Shown here: positions 63,140 to 64,000 of the stretch, one piece after another
Layout of the letters: each line of letters begins with the position of its first letter
How positions within the stretch are numbered: the first letter of the stretch is position 1
Assembly: GCF_006345805.1 (NCBI RefSeq)
Contig: NC_043001.1
Location: forward strand, 22,010,001-22,074,000
DNA from: Octopus sinensis
Taxonomy: Eukaryota
Reading direction: 5' to 3'
Length of the DNA: 64,000 nucleotides
Translations under genes and position numbers: made by a program
Notes under the pieces: generated by a model
The model's input: only the letters and a program-made list of their open reading frames with translations
Databases searched by the model: none
What the model was told of the DNA's origin: nothing

Positions 63140-63192
63140 TAGGATTCCTGGCTTTCACCCAGGCGGCCCGGGTTCGATTCCCGGCATGGGAA
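63140..63192 (+). pseudogene. 5'-truncated tRNA-Glu(TTC) sequence
   Basis: TAGGATTCCTGGCTTTCACCCAGGCGGCCCGGGTTCGATTCCCGGCATGGGAA: intact anticodon arm (TTC) and T arm; 5' acceptor strand, A box and CCA absent. Confidence 0.85.
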
Positions 63193-63199
63193 CGTTATA

Positions 63200-63468
63200 C
63201 TGGCCGATGCCAGCGCTGCCTCGACTGGCTTCCATGCCGGTGGCACGTAAAATGCACCAATCCGATCATGGCCGTTTCCAGCCTCGCCTGGCATGTAAAA
63301 AGCACCCACTACACTCACGGAGTGGTTGGCGTTAGGAAGGGCATCCAGATGTAGAAACACTGCCAGATCAGACTGGAGCCTGGTGCAGCCTTCTGGCTTC
63401 CCAGATCCCCGGTTGAACTGTCCAACCCATGCTAGCATGGAGAACGGACGTTAAACGATGATGATGAA
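63200..63468 (+). mobile_element. SINE family C fused behind the tRNA-Glu fragment, inside gag
   Basis: Subrepeats, core and (TGA)n tail; the gag reading frame continues on both sides of the composite insertion. Confidence 0.85.
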
Positions 63469-63698
63469 TTTGCAACATGGTCAGGTGAAAATTTATTCTC
63501 CGGTTTGATTATCAACTCAAACTATCCCAGCTAACAAGTCTTCCATATTTCACAATTTTCATAAGTTTACGCAAGATTCTTGTTTCTTTTTTGTTGAGGT
63601 TTTTTAATTCTCTACACGAATTAGTTTAAACTCTCCATGTGAATGTTTCTTTTTTTTTTTTTTCCACTCCATGTTAATTAGTTTTTCCTTGTTGTCAC

Positions 63699-64000
63699 TG
63701 TTCTAAGGTGGTCTTTTGCCACTGTTGTATCTGTCTCTTGATGACAGTTGTCACTCTGACAGATATTGTTATATTCTGAAGTTGTTGATAGAATGCTTCT
63801 ATCTGGCTCTGTAATACAGTGTTATTATCTTCAAAGGTTGGATTGTTATAACGTCCACTCAGTATCACAGTATAATTACTGTATCAGCACAGACACGACT
63901 GTCAACACAGTTTTCTCATACTCTCAACCTTCAATCTTCTGACCTTCTCTTGACTGGCTACGGGTCTATTTATAAAGGCTGGCCACTCCCACTTTTTACC
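63699..64000 (-). repeat. 5' LTR of the Gypsy element (incomplete in window)
   Basis: Direct repeat of 60083-60390; ends ..AACA on the minus strand before the PBS-like motif. Confidence 0.85.

Larger units (their letters stand above)
60083..64000 (-). mobile_element. Decayed Ty3/Gypsy (Mag-like) LTR retrotransposon, running off the window end
   Basis: Paired LTRs 60083-60416 and 63699 onward; PPT 60417-60430; PBS-like TGACAACAAGG at 63687-63697; gag (62500-63600), protease LDTRSDITII (61870-62080), integrase tail YHPRLNGRSKRFVDTFKRALKK (61345-61650); RT/RNaseH missing. Confidence 0.88.

Noticed and set aside
63140-63192. Functional tRNA-Glu gene
   Set aside because: The 5' acceptor strand and A box are replaced by gag sequence, so it cannot fold into a cloverleaf
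41821-64000. Final ACTL6 exons (SMRLK..SWIGGSILASL and GTFQQMW..RKCP)
   Set aside because: Searched by eye and not found; they are presumably beyond the window, though a manual miss cannot be excluded

Overview
AT-rich, repeat-saturated animal genomic DNA. From its SINE complement it is most likely an octopus/coleoid cephalopod (inference, not proven). The window lies inside one + strand gene, the actin-related chromatin-remodelling subunit ACTL6/BAF53 (Arp4). Seven internal coding exons (7484-41820) splice in frame through AG/GT sites. Their lengths (95,107,87,62,115,81,96 nt) match, from memory, human ACTL6A exons 6-12 (95,107,90,62,115,81,96). The 5' exons and the last two exons were not found, so the final intron here exceeds 22 kb. 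The introns hold at least four SINE families, CR1 and RTE LINE fragments, Penelope and R4-like remnants, mariner, Tc2, hAT, piggyBac and Helitron non-autonomous elements, a decayed Gypsy LTR element with both LTRs, a truncated tRNA-Glu, two minisatellites and many microsatellites. The most notable signals are: many local inverted duplications and foldbacks that would form dsRNA in the pre-mRNA; codons that A-to-I editing would restore to the human residue; a SINE-borne VNTR with higher-order structure; a tRNA-Glu/SINE chimera; and vestigial hammerhead-ribozyme motifs. No prokaryotic-type system such as CRISPR is present, and I cannot demonstrate a wholly new biological system. Repeat boundaries were read by eye and are approximate unless a TSD or TIR is quoted.
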